A DNA stretch of 64,000 bases from an uncultured Conexibacteraceae bacterium (GCA_963844665.1 CAWJPB010000005.1:717703-781702), one strand, 5' to 3'. Numbered from the stretch's first letter, positions 1 to 10,759 are shown. Numbers and translations: made by a program. The notes: generated by a model from the sequence alone, not told the origin.

Positions 1-426
1 ACTCTCGTCAAGCTGCGGACCATGGCTGTCGCCGACACCAATGCCGCCCCGGTGAGCGCCGTCTGGGCGACCGACGAGGGTCACCGCATCACCGGGCTCG
101 GCCGCGTACTGCGTCGATTCCGGTTGGACGAGCTACCTCAGCTCTGGAACGTGATCAGGGGAGAGCTCGCGCTGATCGGCCCACGCCCTGAACAGGTGGC
201 GATTGTCGACCGGCTGGAACGCGAGATCCCGTTCTACGCAGCACGCCACACGGTCCGTCCCGGTCTCACCGGGTGGGCCCAGGTGAACCTGGGATACTCC
301 GGCTCGTTCGAGGGCACTCGCGCCAAACTGCAGCGCGACCTCTACTACGTCAAGCACCGCGGCCTGCGGCTCGACCTGTTGATCCTCTGGCTCACGCTCA
401 AAGCAATCGTCGCCGATCCACGCTAG
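1..426 (+). CDS. Bacterial sugar transferase (WcaJ/EpsL-type priming glycosyltransferase), C-terminal part, 5' truncated by window
   Basis: Frame open from base 1 (TLVKLRTM); motifs RFRLDELPQLWNV, GPRPE, RPGLTGWAQV, DLYY. Confidence 0.9.
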   Translation, partial: TLVKLRTMAVADTNAAPVSAVWATDEGHRITGLGRVLRRFRLDELPQLWNVIRGELALIGPRPEQVAIVDRLEREIPFYAARHTVRPGLTGWAQVNLGYSGSFEGTRAKLQRDLYYVKHRGLRLDLLILWLTLKAIVADPR

Positions 427-614
427 CCGCGCAGCCGCGTGCACTGCGGCTGCTGCCTGCGCTGCCAGTACTCCGGAATACCTGCCCGTGACCGGGTCCA
501 GGTCGTGAGCCGACAGCCGCGCAACTACTGCCTGCCGAGCATCAGCGCCCCGTGGGTTGGCGTCAAGTCGTGTGAGCAACTCGCAGCCAGGCGCAACTAA
601 GGGATAGTCTGGCG

Positions 615-1364
615 ATGTCCGGCCGGCCAACCGGCGCTGACCTCATGAAACCGATGCTTCTGCTATTCGACATCGATGGGACGCTCGTGAAGCGAGCATC
701 GCGAGAGCATGCGGCAGCGCTGCTCCAGGCCGTGCAGAACATCCATGGGGTGAACCTCGACGGTGTCGCGCTCAACACATCAGCGGCGGGTCGGACCGAC
801 GGTGAGATCGCGCGGCTGTACCTGCTGGAGGCGGGCGTCTCAGCCAACAGGATCGACGCACGCGCGGGCGACGTGCAGGAGGAGTGCTGCCGGCTGTACG
901 CGAGCCTCTGCCCCAGCGACCTTTCAGACCGAGTTGTGGACGGGATGCCGGAACTGCTCGACACGCTCAGTGCACGCGACGACATACGGCTCGCGCTGTT
1001 GACCGGGAACTTTGAGCCCGTGGCCCGGATCAAGTTGAAGGCTGCCGGAATCGGGCACTGGTTCGCGCGCAACGAGGGCGGCTTCGGGTCCGACTCAGAG
1101 GACCGCGCGATGCTGCCGCCGATCGCTCGACGCCGCGCGGGGGCAGCGGCCGGCCTCGCCTGTTCCTGGCCACGCCGGGAGACGGTTGTGATCGGAGACA
1201 CCCCCCGTGACATTGCCTGCGCGCACGCAGACGAGCTTCGCTGCATCGCCGTGACCACCGGGCCTCACGCCCGCGAGGACCTCGGGCAGGCGGACTTCAT
1301 TGCAGACGGCGTCGCCGAGCTCACCGAGATGCTCGAGGGGCTCGCCGTGGCCGCCGGCGCCTGA
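615..1364 (+). CDS. HAD-superfamily hydrolase (phosphoglycolate phosphatase-like)
   Basis: Motif I FDIDGT, motif II LLTGN, motif IV IGDTPRD. Confidence 0.85.
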   Translation: MSGRPTGADLMKPMLLLFDIDGTLVKRASREHAAALLQAVQNIHGVNLDGVALNTSAAGRTDGEIARLYLLEAGVSANRIDARAGDVQEECCRLYASLCPSDLSDRVVDGMPELLDTLSARDDIRLALLTGNFEPVARIKLKAAGIGHWFARNEGGFGSDSEDRAMLPPIARRRAGAAAGLACSWPRRETVVIGDTPRDIACAHADELRCIAVTTGPHAREDLGQADFIADGVAELTEMLEGLAVAAGA

Positions 1365-1387
1365 AGTCGACCGGCGGCGGGACCAGC

Positions 1388-3571
1388 CTAGGTGGCCGCC
1401 GTCTGAGCCGAGGCGCCGCCGTCTGTGGCGGCTTCCGAAACCGGCTCTGGCGTCTGCAGGGGGAAGTGGCAGGCGGCCTGGTGGCTGGGGCCGAACCGCC
1501 TCAGCGGCGGCTCGACCTCAGCGCAGATCTCCTGCGCCAGCGGGCAGCGGGTGCGGAAGCGACAGCCCGACGGCGGGTCGATCGGGCTCGGGAGCTCGCC
1601 GCGGATGCCGACGTCGGTCTTGGCCTTCTCCACCGCCGGATCGGGGACCGGGATCGTCTTGATCAGCGCCTGTGTGTATGGATGCGCGGCCCGTCGGTAG
1701 ATGTCGTCGCCTGTGCCGAGCTCGACGATCTTGCCCAGGTACATCACGCCGATACGGTCGGCCAGGTACTTGACGACGGCGAGGTCATGCGAGATAACCA
1801 CTGATGCCATCTGGTGTTCGGCCTGCAGTCGCTTCATCAGGTTCAACACCTGCGAGCGAATCGACACATCGAGTGCGCTGACCGGCTCGTCGGCGACCAT
1901 GACCTTGGGTTCGAGCATCAGTGCCCGCGCGAGCGCAATGCGCTGGCGCTGACCACCTGAGAACTCGTGCGGATAGCGCTCGAGCGCGTTCTCCGGAAGG
2001 CCAACCTCGCCGAGCAGCTCGCGGACTCGCTCGTTCTGCTCCTTGGCCGACCCGATGCTCTGGATCTTGAGCGGTTCGCGGAGGATCGCACTGACGCGCA
2101 TGCGCGGATCGAGCGAGCCGTACGGGTCCTGGAACATCATCTGCACATCGCGCCGGGCTACGCGCAACCCGTTGCCGCGCAGCTTGAAGATCTCCTTGCC
2201 GTTGACCATGATCCGGCCGGCGTCGGGCTTCTCGATGCCGACCATCAGCTTGCCGAGCGAGGTCTTGCCGCAGCCCGACTCGCCAACGAGGCCGACGGCC
2301 TCGCCCGCGCGGACGTGCAACGTCACGCCCGAGACCGCCTTGACCGAGTTCACCTTGCGCCGCAACACCGCACCCGCGGTCACCGGGTACTCGCGGACGG
2401 CATCGACCACCTCCAGCAGCGGTGCATTGGACGCGGACGGCGCGGATGAGTTCGCCGCTGTCGCCGCAGCTACCACTCCAACACCGTCAGGCACAGGCTC
2501 GGACACCACGGCGACCTGTGACGCTGCAGAGGGTTCGGTCCCACCCGCCCTGGCAGCCGCAGCGTGCACCGCCGGGACTATGTGCTCGGTGATCACCGCG
2601 GGGCCGTCCACCGGGTGCCAGCATGAGAACCTGTGATCGCTCGCACCGGTCAGCGGCGGTTCCTCGGCGCGGCACTGGTCGGTCGCGAAACGGCAGCGGG
2701 CGGCGAAGCGGCAGCCCTTCGGCGGGTTTGTGAGGTCCGGCGGCAGTCCCGGGATCGAGAGCAGTGGCTTGGTGGCGTCCTGCTCCAGCCGCGGAATCGA
2801 GCCGAGCAATGCCTGCGTGTAAGGATGTCGCATCGCCGTGAACAGCTCTTCGCTGCTCGCGGTCTCGACGATCCGCCCGGCGTACATCACGTTGATTCGC
2901 TTCGAGCGGCCGGCGACGACGCCCATGTCATGGGTGACCAGCAGTGTCGCCATGCCGAGGCGCTGCTCGAGGTCGTCGAGCAGCTTCAGAATCTGAGCCT
3001 GGATCGTCACGTCGAGCGCGGTCGTCGGCTCGTCCGCAAGCAGCACCCGCGGCTCGCAGGCGAGCGCGATCGCGATCATCACGCGCTGGCGCAAACCGCC
3101 CGAGAGCTGGTGAGGATAGTCGCCGAGCCGCTCCTTCGGACGCGGCAGCCCGACCAGCTCGAGCACCTCGAGCGCGCGGTCAGACGCCTCCTTGCGGTTG
3201 GCACCACGGTGCAGCCGCACCGGCTCGGCCACCTGCTCGCCGATCGGCTTGGTCGGATTCAGTGAGGAGAGCGAGTCCTGGAAGATCATCGCGACCTCAT
3301 TGCCACGGATCTTGCGCAGCTCCTTCTCGTTCAGGCCGACCAGCTCGCGACCGGCGAGCTTTATGGAACCGCCGGTGACGTGGCCGCCGTTGGGCAGCAG
3401 TCCGAGGATCGAGAGCCCGAGCATCGACTTGCCCGAGCCCGACTCGCCGACGAGTCCGAGCGTTTCGCCCTGATCGATCTGCAGATCGACGTTCCCGACC
3501 GGGTGCACCGTCGTGCGTGAGAGCCGGATCTCCGTTGTCAGGTTCTCGACGTTGAGCGCTGTGGTGGCCAT
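1388..3571 (-). CDS. Fused OppD-OppF dipeptide/oligopeptide ABC ATPase (two NBDs)
   Basis: Two Walker A ([16 protein letters not shown]), signatures HQLSGG and HEFSGG, two Cys-rich C-terminal oligo_HPY tails; start [11 protein letters not shown] chosen at 3571. Confidence 0.92.
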   Translation of the reverse strand: MATTALNVENLTTEIRLSRTTVHPVGNVDLQIDQGETLGLVGESGSGKSMLGLSILGLLPNGGHVTGGSIKLAGRELVGLNEKELRKIRGNEVAMIFQDSLSSLNPTKPIGEQVAEPVRLHRGANRKEASDRALEVLELVGLPRPKERLGDYPHQLSGGLRQRVMIAIALACEPRVLLADEPTTALDVTIQAQILKLLDDLEQRLGMATLLVTHDMGVVAGRSKRINVMYAGRIVETASSEELFTAMRHPYTQALLGSIPRLEQDATKPLLSIPGLPPDLTNPPKGCRFAARCRFATDQCRAEEPPLTGASDHRFSCWHPVDGPAVITEHIVPAVHAAAARAGGTEPSAASQVAVVSEPVPDGVGVVAAATAANSSAPSASNAPLLEVVDAVREYPVTAGAVLRRKVNSVKAVSGVTLHVRAGEAVGLVGESGCGKTSLGKLMVGIEKPDAGRIMVNGKEIFKLRGNGLRVARRDVQMMFQDPYGSLDPRMRVSAILREPLKIQSIGSAKEQNERVRELLGEVGLPENALERYPHEFSGGQRQRIALARALMLEPKVMVADEPVSALDVSIRSQVLNLMKRLQAEHQMASVVISHDLAVVKYLADRIGVMYLGKIVELGTGDDIYRRAAHPYTQALIKTIPVPDPAVEKAKTDVGIRGELPSPIDPPSGCRFRTRCPLAQEICAEVEPPLRRFGPSHQAACHFPLQTPEPVSEAATDGGASAQTAAT

Positions 3572-3582
3572 GCTTCTCTTTC

Positions 3583-4563
3583 TCAGCGCCGCCGCAGGCG
3601 CACGTCGACGGCATCGCGCAGCGCGTCGCCGATCAGGTTGAACGCCAAGACGGTGATGACCAGACACGCGCCGACGGGGTAGACCAACCACCAGTAGCCC
3701 TCGGATACGTAGGTCTGAGCGTTGCCGAGCATGTCGCCCCAGGAGGTCTTGGGGTATGCGAGGCCTTCACCGAGCGCGCCGAGGTAGGCCAGCGCCAGGA
3801 TCGAGTCGGCGATCAGGAAGGTGACATTGACGATCGTGACCGACATCGCGTTCGGAATCAGGTGCCGGTAGACCAGTCGCCAGCGACCCGAGCCCATGGT
3901 TTGCGCCGCCACGACGAAGTCACGCGTGCGCAGCGTCAGCACCTCGCCGCGAACCAAGCGCGCCGGGATCAGCCACGAGAACACGCCAAGTATCAAGCTG
4001 ATCTCGACGACGGTGCCGCTGTACTTGGTTGCCACCACCAGCACGATGAACAGGAACGGGATCGACAGCAGGACGTCGACGAAGCGCATCAGCACGCCGT
4101 CCACGACACCGCCGACCAGGCCTGAAATGGCGCCGTAGAGCGTGCCGATCATGATCGCCACGAATGCCGCGAACAGGCCCACTTCGAGGGCTGCCTGGCC
4201 GCCGATCATGATCCGGCCGAGCTCGTCGAAGCCGTTCTCGTCGGTGCCGAGCGGGTGACCGCTGCCGGGCGGTAGGTTGGAGTTCAGAATGTCCGTCGAC
4301 ACCTGATTCGTGTGGTAGACGAGTGGTCCGACGAAGCAGAAGAGCACCATGAACACGAGTACTGCCAGCGCCACCACCGCGAGGCGGTTGCTCATGAACT
4401 CGCGAACGGCTAGACGCCAGCCGCTGGAGACGACCTGAACGTCGCCGCCCTCCGGGCCCAGCTCACTGATCGGGCCGTCGGGTGCGGGGACCGAGAGCAC
4501 GCCAGCGCCGATCTCCTCCAGTCGCTCGGCGGGAGTGCGCTCGCGTCCGTAGGGATCAGTCAA
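3583..4563 (-). CDS. OppC/DppC-type ABC permease
   Basis: HPLGTDENGFD, EAA-like loop RTRDFVVAAQTMG, PxWG motif; TTG start overlapping the oppB stop. Confidence 0.9.
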   Translation of the reverse strand: MTDPYGRERTPAERLEEIGAGVLSVPAPDGPISELGPEGGDVQVVSSGWRLAVREFMSNRLAVVALAVLVFMVLFCFVGPLVYHTNQVSTDILNSNLPPGSGHPLGTDENGFDELGRIMIGGQAALEVGLFAAFVAIMIGTLYGAISGLVGGVVDGVLMRFVDVLLSIPFLFIVLVVATKYSGTVVEISLILGVFSWLIPARLVRGEVLTLRTRDFVVAAQTMGSGRWRLVYRHLIPNAMSVTIVNVTFLIADSILALAYLGALGEGLAYPKTSWGDMLGNAQTYVSEGYWWLVYPVGACLVITVLAFNLIGDALRDAVDVRLRRR

Positions 4564-5506
4564 GGCGCACCCGTGGGTCGGCGGCGGCGATCGAGATGTC
4601 GGCCAGCAGGTTTCCAAGCACGGTCAGGATCGCGCCCAGCAGCGTATATGCAAGCAGTACGTTGTAGTCCTGATTGCCGAGGGCGTTGTAGAACAGCAGG
4701 CCGGTGCCGGGGTAGTTGAACAGGTACTCGATCAGTAGGTTGCCGGCCAGCAGAGTCGGGATCGAGAGACCGACCAGCGTGATGATCGGCAGACAGGCAT
4801 TTCGGAACAGATGGCGGACCAGCACCGTCCGCTCCGAGAGACCCTTTGCGCGCGCCAGGCGGATGTAGTCCTGTGCCATCTCATCCAGCGCCGAGGAGCG
4901 CATGTAGCGGCTGAAGCCGGCCACGTTGAGCAGCGTCAGCGTCAGGATCGGCAGGAACAGCTGATCGGGATGGGTGACCGCCTGCCAGGTTGTCGTGATC
5001 TCGTCACTGACGCCGACCGGGAAGATGTTGAGGTCGAGCGCGAAGATCTGGATCAAAATGACGCCCAGGAAGAACGAGGGCATCGAGTAGAGCGTGAAGT
5101 TGATCGCGGTCGCCGCGTAGTCGCCGGGGCTGTTGCGCTTGACCGCCTGAGCGATGCCAAGCGGAACGGCGATCAGAAGCGATAGCACCAACGCGGCGCC
5201 GGATAGGTAGGCGCTGCGGCCCGCGGTCTCCTTGAACAGCGAGTTGACACTCTGACCGAGCTTGTAGCTGTAACCGAAGTTCAGGTGTGCGACGCTGCCC
5301 AGGTAGCTGAGGAATTGGGCGATCTCCGGGCGATCGTAACCGTGCTGTTTGTCCCACGCCAGCACAGCCTGACGGGATGCCCTGCTGCCGAGCACCGTGT
5401 ATGCGGGCGTCGGCGAGATGACGTGCAGGATCGCAAACGTCACCGCCGCGACGCCGATGACGACGATGATCGCGGTCCCTAGCCGGCGAATGATGTAGCC
5501 GAGCAT
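4556..5506 (-). CDS. OppB/DppB-type ABC permease
   Basis: YIIRRL start, QDYIRLARAKGL, EYLFNYPGTG, DPRVR end. Confidence 0.92.
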   Translation of the reverse strand: MLGYIIRRLGTAIIVVIGVAAVTFAILHVISPTPAYTVLGSRASRQAVLAWDKQHGYDRPEIAQFLSYLGSVAHLNFGYSYKLGQSVNSLFKETAGRSAYLSGAALVLSLLIAVPLGIAQAVKRNSPGDYAATAINFTLYSMPSFFLGVILIQIFALDLNIFPVGVSDEITTTWQAVTHPDQLFLPILTLTLLNVAGFSRYMRSSALDEMAQDYIRLARAKGLSERTVLVRHLFRNACLPIITLVGLSIPTLLAGNLLIEYLFNYPGTGLLFYNALGNQDYNVLLAYTLLGAILTVLGNLLADISIAAADPRVRLD

Positions 5507-5546
5507 TTGACTGTGATGTTACGGCGGTTACCGCGACCTGGGAAAG

Positions 5547-5579
5547 CGAGTGGGGCGGGCCCGGAGCCCGCCCCACTCG
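5547..5579 (-). terminator. Intercistronic stem-loop after the SBP gene (mRNA stabiliser or partial terminator)
   Basis: Perfect 14-bp inverted repeat CGAGTGGGGCGGGC/GCCCGCCCCACTCG with 5-nt loop, followed by CTTT on the minus strand. Confidence 0.7.
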
Positions 5580-5597
5580 TTCAGCTGGTGTCCCTAC

Positions 5598-7586
5598 CTA
5601 CTTCTTGTTGACGTAGAGCGCCTGCGGGCTGTACTGCTGCTGCGTCATCGTCAGGAACGTATTCGCGGGGCCACCGACCTTGTTGCTGACAGCCGTGATC
5701 CAATCCTGATCAGGCATGTAGAAGATCGGGTAGCTCTTGCTGAAGTACGCGACCTCCTTGGAGATCGCATCCTGGCTCGGGCTCGAGACCGACGCCGCCA
5801 TCAGGCGGTTGGCGACGGGGTCGTTGAACGAGCCCAGGTTGAGCGCGCCGCCCGGGCTCATCAGTCCGTCCTGGGTCGGGTAGTAGTTCGTGAAGATGCC
5901 GCCGTAATTGTTGACACCCCAGTCGTTCTCGTACTTCGAAGCCGCCGGGTTCTGGTTGTTGTAGTAGGCGGTCAGGAAGTTGAACGTCTTGGTCACGAAC
6001 GAGACATCGATGCCCGCGGCGCTCTTCGCCTCACTCGCGAAGACCTCGGACTCGAGGACCCCGGTTGAGGCGACTGACTCCGGCACGTTTGCCCACACGA
6101 ACTTGATCGGCGTGCCCGCCGGAATTCCGGCGCCGCACTCATTGCTCGCGGTGCCCGCCTTGGCGCAGGTGGTCTGTCCACCCGGCTTCACATCCCAGCC
6201 GTGGGCCTTTAGGGTCTTGACCGCCTGGCTCGGGTTGTAAGGCCAGACCGGCTTGGTCACATTCGAAGGAACGTACGGAGAGAACGGCGCCGATGGGACC
6301 GGGCCGTTGGCCGCCACCGCCCAGCCGTGGTAGACGTGCTGGACGATCGCGTTCTGGTCGACCAACTGCGCGAAGACGCCGCGGATGTAGGGCTGCGCGA
6401 CCACCTTGTCGAAGTCGTCGGTCGTGTCCTTGAAGTTGATGAAACCACCGAACCAGCCCCAGCCCGGCCCACCAAAGACGCTGTACCCATCCTTCTCAAG
6501 CCTCGGGATCGCCCCGAGCTGAGTGCCAGAGTCGAGGCTCGCGATATCGAGCGAACCGGACTCCAGCGCGTTGAGCATCGCGGTCGAGCTCGTGTAGCTC
6601 TCGAACGACACCTTGTCCATCTGCGGCTTCGGCGAGAGGCTGTAGGTCTTGTTCGGGACCATGTCGTAGGAGCTGTTGGTGACGTTGAAGTTCTCCGTCT
6701 TGAACGGCCCGTCGACGATCTGCCAGAGCGGGCTTGAGAACGACGCGAGCTGCGTGCCCTCCTTGTTCAGGTAGTCATAGATCTTCTTCGCGTCGGCCGG
6801 GTTGGTCGCCCAGTCGGTGATGTGCTGGCCACTTGCCGAGTCGACGTTCCAGTCCTGGCTCGGGAGCGGGTAGACGCCGCCGTTGGTCGTCTGCAGCTGG
6901 TTCAGCGTGAACCAGGTCGGGTTCACGGTCTTCTTCAGGTGCAGGACGATCGTGTTCTTGCCCTTGGTGTTCCAGCTCTCGACATTGTCAGGGAACTCGC
7001 CGGGTGAGTACTGACACCAGTTGGCCGGTGATTCCTTGATCGCGGCCTTGAGCAGCGCCATGTAGAAGCTCACGTCCTGGGCGTCCACGGGCTGGCCGTT
7101 TGACCAGTGCAGGTTGCTCTTGAGGTTGATCGTGACGGTCCGGTCGTTGTTGGAGTACTGAGGCAACGTGGCTGCGCTCAGACCCTCATCGATGGCCGGC
7201 TTGGAGCCAACCGGCCCGTAATACAGCGGGACGTACATGTTCGAGACGAAGTAGAAGGTCTGCGTTGAGCAGGTTGCGCCATTGATCAGTGGCCAAATCG
7301 AGGTCGGGGTCTGCCCGCTGAGCTCACCGATCGTGATCGCGCCACCCTTGGACGGGGTCCCCGTTGGGGGCAGCGATCCCTTGAGAATCGTGCCGTAGTT
7401 GCTGCTCGTCTTACCGCCGGTGCTCGTGTTCGTGTTGTTGTTCGAGCTGCCACAGGCGGCGATTGCGGCCGCGGCCACCAGAGCCACTGCCGCTCCTAGA
7501 ACCGCTCGCCGCCGGGAGCGGCCACGGACCTGAGCGGCATCCGCACGCCGGTCCGAGTGCTGCGATCGGTCAAACCTCATAGCCAA
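5598..7586 (-). CDS. ABC transporter substrate-binding lipoprotein, family 5 (peptide/nickel/sugar)
   Basis: Lipobox IAAC, WSNGQPVDAQDV, DGPFK; heads the opp operon. Confidence 0.9.
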   Translation of the reverse strand: MAMRFDRSQHSDRRADAAQVRGRSRRRAVLGAAVALVAAAAIAACGSSNNNTNTSTGGKTSSNYGTILKGSLPPTGTPSKGGAITIGELSGQTPTSIWPLINGATCSTQTFYFVSNMYVPLYYGPVGSKPAIDEGLSAATLPQYSNNDRTVTINLKSNLHWSNGQPVDAQDVSFYMALLKAAIKESPANWCQYSPGEFPDNVESWNTKGKNTIVLHLKKTVNPTWFTLNQLQTTNGGVYPLPSQDWNVDSASGQHITDWATNPADAKKIYDYLNKEGTQLASFSSPLWQIVDGPFKTENFNVTNSSYDMVPNKTYSLSPKPQMDKVSFESYTSSTAMLNALESGSLDIASLDSGTQLGAIPRLEKDGYSVFGGPGWGWFGGFINFKDTTDDFDKVVAQPYIRGVFAQLVDQNAIVQHVYHGWAVAANGPVPSAPFSPYVPSNVTKPVWPYNPSQAVKTLKAHGWDVKPGGQTTCAKAGTASNECGAGIPAGTPIKFVWANVPESVASTGVLESEVFASEAKSAAGIDVSFVTKTFNFLTAYYNNQNPAASKYENDWGVNNYGGIFTNYYPTQDGLMSPGGALNLGSFNDPVANRLMAASVSSPSQDAISKEVAYFSKSYPIFYMPDQDWITAVSNKVGGPANTFLTMTQQQYSPQALYVNKK

Positions 7587-7785
7587 CTATCCCTTCTGGT
7601 TTCCTTCGATAAGTGGTGTACTGCCCGCGATCCAAACACGCGTAAACCCATCTGTCAATCGCGCCTCAAGCGCGGTTAACACAAACGTTATGGGCCCTAA
7701 CTTCCCACCGATGCGGGACTTTTAGCAATTCGTTACTACGGCGCGGCTAAGTCAACTCCTGCACGTGCGCCGTTGCGCCCGGACG

Positions 7786-7820
7786 CCGCGGTTGACGAGA
7801 GCCTGTCCCGTCAACCGCGG
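7786..7820 (-). terminator. Hairpin downstream of ettA
   Basis: Perfect 12-bp inverted repeat CCGCGGTTGACG/CGTCAACCGCGG just after the ettA stop; no U-tract. Confidence 0.55.
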
Positions 7821-7832
7821 GTGACGCTCCCG

Positions 7833-9488
7833 TCAGCCGCGCACTAGCTTCTTGTAGGTGAGCCGATGCGGCCGGTCTGCCTCGGCCCCGAGCTGCTCGT
7901 GCCGGAAGCTCTCGTAGGCCTCGAAGTTGCCCTCGAACCAGCGGACCTGGGAGTCGCCCTCGAACGCGATCACGTGCGTAGCGATGCGATCGAGGAACCA
8001 GCGATCGTGGGAGACGACGATCGCGCAGCCGGCAAACGCGAGCAGCGCCTCCTCGAGCGCACGCAGCGTGTCGACATCCAGGTCGTTGGTCGGCTCGTCG
8101 AGGATCAGCAGATTGCCCCCGCTGGCAAGCAGCTTCGCCATGTGCAGGCGGTTGCGCTCACCGCCGGAGAGGCTCCCGACCTTCTTCTGCTGGTCCGAGC
8201 CCTTGAAGTTGAATCCGGCCACATACGCGCGGCTGTTGATGCTCGACTCGCCGAGCAACATCTGATCGAGCCCGCCCGAGATCTCCTCCCAGACGGTCTT
8301 GTCGCCGTCAAGTGCCTCGCGCGACTGATCCACATAGGCGAGTTGGACAGTCTCGCCGACCTTGAACGTGCCCTCATCGGGCTCCTCCTGGCTGGTGATC
8401 ATCCGCATCAGCGTCGTCTTGCCGGCACCGTTGGGGCCGATCACGCCGACGATCGCAGCCGGCGGCAGGTTGAAGCTGAGCTCGTCGATCAGCAGCTTGT
8501 CGCCGAACGACTTGCGCACGTCTCTTGCCTCGACCACCATCCCACCCAGACGAGGACCCGCAGGGATGTGGATCTGGACCTGGTCGAGCTTGACGTTGCG
8601 GTCCTCGGCCAGCAGGGCCTCGTAGGCATTGAGGCGTGCCTTGGGCTTGGCCCGGCGGGCGCTGGCGTTCATCCTCACCCACTCCAGCTCCTGCTTGATC
8701 GTCCGCTGGCGCACGTCGTCCTTCTTGGCCTCCTGCTCGAGGCGCTTCTCCTTCTGTTCGAGCCAGCCCGAGTAGTTGCCCTGGTACGGGATCCCGCGCC
8801 CACGATCGAGCTCGAGGATCCATCCGGCCACGTTGTCCAGGAAGTAGCGGTCGTGGGTGACGGCGACGATCGTGCCCTTGTAGTCCTGGAGATGGCGTTC
8901 GAGCCACCCGACCGACTCAGCGTCGAGGTGGTTGGTGGGCTCGTCCAGAAGCAACAGGTCGGGCTCTGACAGCAACAGCCGGCAGAGCGCCACGCGGCGG
9001 CGTTCGCCGCCGGAGAGCGTACCGACGTCGGCGTCGCCGGGCGGGCAGCGCAGCGCGTCCATCGCATAGTCGAGCTTGGTGTCGAGGTTCCAGGCATCAG
9101 CCGCGTCGATCTGCTCCTGCAGCCGCGCGAACTCATCGGCGGTCTCATCCGAGTAGTTCATCGCCAGCTCGTTGAAGCGGTCGAGCAGCCCCTTGACCTC
9201 GGCCACGCCGTCCTCGACGTTGCCGCGCACATCCTTCTCCGAGTCCAGCTGCGGCTCCTGTTCGAGCAGGCCCACGGTCGCGCCAGGAGCAAGCTGCGCC
9301 TGACCGTCGTAGTCATGGTCGACTCCCGCCATGATCCGCAGCAGCGTCGACTTGCCGGCGCCGTTGTAACCAAGCACCCCGATCTTCGCGCCCGGCATGA
9401 AGCTCAGGGAGATGTCGCTCAGGACCTGCCTGTCCGGCGGATGCCGGCGCGACAGCTTGTATGTCGTGTAGATGTACTCGCCAGCCAC
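7833..9488 (-). CDS. ettA: Energy-dependent translational throttle protein EttA (ABC-F)
   Basis: GYNGAGKS and GPNGAGKT, LSGGERRRVALC, linker WLEQKEKRL, 551 aa. Confidence 0.95.
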   Translation of the reverse strand: MAGEYIYTTYKLSRRHPPDRQVLSDISLSFMPGAKIGVLGYNGAGKSTLLRIMAGVDHDYDGQAQLAPGATVGLLEQEPQLDSEKDVRGNVEDGVAEVKGLLDRFNELAMNYSDETADEFARLQEQIDAADAWNLDTKLDYAMDALRCPPGDADVGTLSGGERRRVALCRLLLSEPDLLLLDEPTNHLDAESVGWLERHLQDYKGTIVAVTHDRYFLDNVAGWILELDRGRGIPYQGNYSGWLEQKEKRLEQEAKKDDVRQRTIKQELEWVRMNASARRAKPKARLNAYEALLAEDRNVKLDQVQIHIPAGPRLGGMVVEARDVRKSFGDKLLIDELSFNLPPAAIVGVIGPNGAGKTTLMRMITSQEEPDEGTFKVGETVQLAYVDQSREALDGDKTVWEEISGGLDQMLLGESSINSRAYVAGFNFKGSDQQKKVGSLSGGERNRLHMAKLLASGGNLLILDEPTNDLDVDTLRALEEALLAFAGCAIVVSHDRWFLDRIATHVIAFEGDSQVRWFEGNFEAYESFRHEQLGAEADRPHRLTYKKLVRG

Positions 9489-9643
9489 GAACCCGAGGGT
9501 ATCCGGTCGACGGCAACAGGCTCGATCTCACCCGCAAGGGCCCACGTCTGCGTGGGAAGGGACGGTTTTGGGGTTCAGGCGCGTAGAGGCCGCCCTGATC
9601 ACCGTGGGTCAGGAAAACGATCCGATTTGGTGACTTGGGGCGG

Positions 9644-10759
9644 TCACAACCCCGGCGGGTGGCGCACGACAAACCCCGCGCCCGAGCGCACCAACGGATG
9701 CCAGCCGATCCCCGCCGCGCCATCCCCTGGACCCGCGGCGGCGTGGGTGTCCCATCGCAGTCCCGCGACGTACATGTAAACGTGGTCCGCGCTGGCGTAG
9801 ATCGTGACCCAGCGCCCCGGTCCCGGCAGGCCCCAGGTTTCGAAGTCCGTCGAGGTGAGGTCGGCGCCGACCGATAGCAGGCCGCCGCCATAGAGCAGAT
9901 GGGCGACGCTGCTCGAACAGTCGTAGTACGGCGCGACGATGTTCAACGGCAGGCCATGCGCCCCGCCGTAAACGTACGGTCGGCCGACGATCTCGTTGCC
10001 GGCGGCGATGATCCCCCTGACGGCGACCGGAGCTGAGATCGGGGCGGCGGCGAGTCCGTCGACGAGCAGCGTCGCCCGTCGACCCGGCGCAGGCGCCACT
10101 GCGGACCCAGCCGCCGCCACCGGCTCACCCGCCGCCACCGGCTCACCCGCCGCCACCGGCTCACCCGCCGCCACCGGTTCACCCGCCAGTCCGGACCCAC
10201 CCACCGCTGCGCTCGACACGCCTGATCCGGCCGCGCCGCCGCCAGACACCTCCGCGCAATCGCTCGAGACCGACGCGATCTGCACCGTCCCGGACCAGCG
10301 GCCGTTCTCATATGGAATCCCTAGGCTGCGCGCGAGCTGCCACCAGAGGTCAATCGCGCGCACGTGCCCGTCGATCGGACCGCCGCCGAGCCCGATGTCC
10401 TCCTTGTACCCGATCACCGAGCGGCCGGCCGCTGCGATCTGCAGCGGCGTCCCGTACGGCAGCTCGCCGAGCGCGTTCGCCGTGGCGAAGCTGGTGCCGC
10501 CGAGCTCGGCATAGCTGGAAGGCTGGCCCAACAGGCTCACGCCGGAGGCACCGACGGTTCCGCTGGACGGATCGCCGGGGCCGCCGTACTCCGTCGCGCC
10601 GACCGTCTCGGAGGCACCGCAGACGCTGCCGGCCGCGCCACCGCCGACGATTGCGCCAAGCGTCGCGAGCAGCACCACGCCCAGGGCACACACCGCCGCC
10701 AACGTGCCCAGGCCGGCAGCCGTGAGCGCCCCCCCGCGCCGGTTCGTCCGTGAACCCAT
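9644..10759 (-). CDS. Membrane-anchored cell-wall hydrolase: RlpA/DPBB-like domain plus NlpC/P60-like domain
   Basis: N-terminal TM; KEDIG...RAIDLW (RlpA-like); GRPYVYGG...YDCSSSV...DHVYMYV (NlpC/P60 Cys-His). Confidence 0.7.
   Translation of the reverse strand: MGSRTNRRGGALTAAGLGTLAAVCALGVVLLATLGAIVGGGAAGSVCGASETVGATEYGGPGDPSSGTVGASGVSLLGQPSSYAELGGTSFATANALGELPYGTPLQIAAAGRSVIGYKEDIGLGGGPIDGHVRAIDLWWQLARSLGIPYENGRWSGTVQIASVSSDCAEVSGGGAAGSGVSSAAVGGSGLAGEPVAAGEPVAAGEPVAAGEPVAAAGSAVAPAPGRRATLLVDGLAAAPISAPVAVRGIIAAGNEIVGRPYVYGGAHGLPLNIVAPYYDCSSSVAHLLYGGGLLSVGADLTSTDFETWGLPGPGRWVTIYASADHVYMYVAGLRWDTHAAAGPGDGAAGIGWHPLVRSGAGFVVRHPPGL
10111..10182. repeat. 18-bp tandem repeat x4 encoding an AAGEPV linker
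   Basis: CCGCCGCCACCGGCTCAC x3 plus a copy with one mismatch. Confidence 0.95.

Noticed and set aside
7590-7780. Riboswitch or operator upstream of the first opp operon
   Set aside because: AT-richer promoter-like DNA with only short imperfect repeats; no recognisable aptamer
10111-10182. Tandem repeat as a CRISPR array
   Set aside because: Contiguous 18-bp units with no spacers, in frame inside a CDS, and no cas genes
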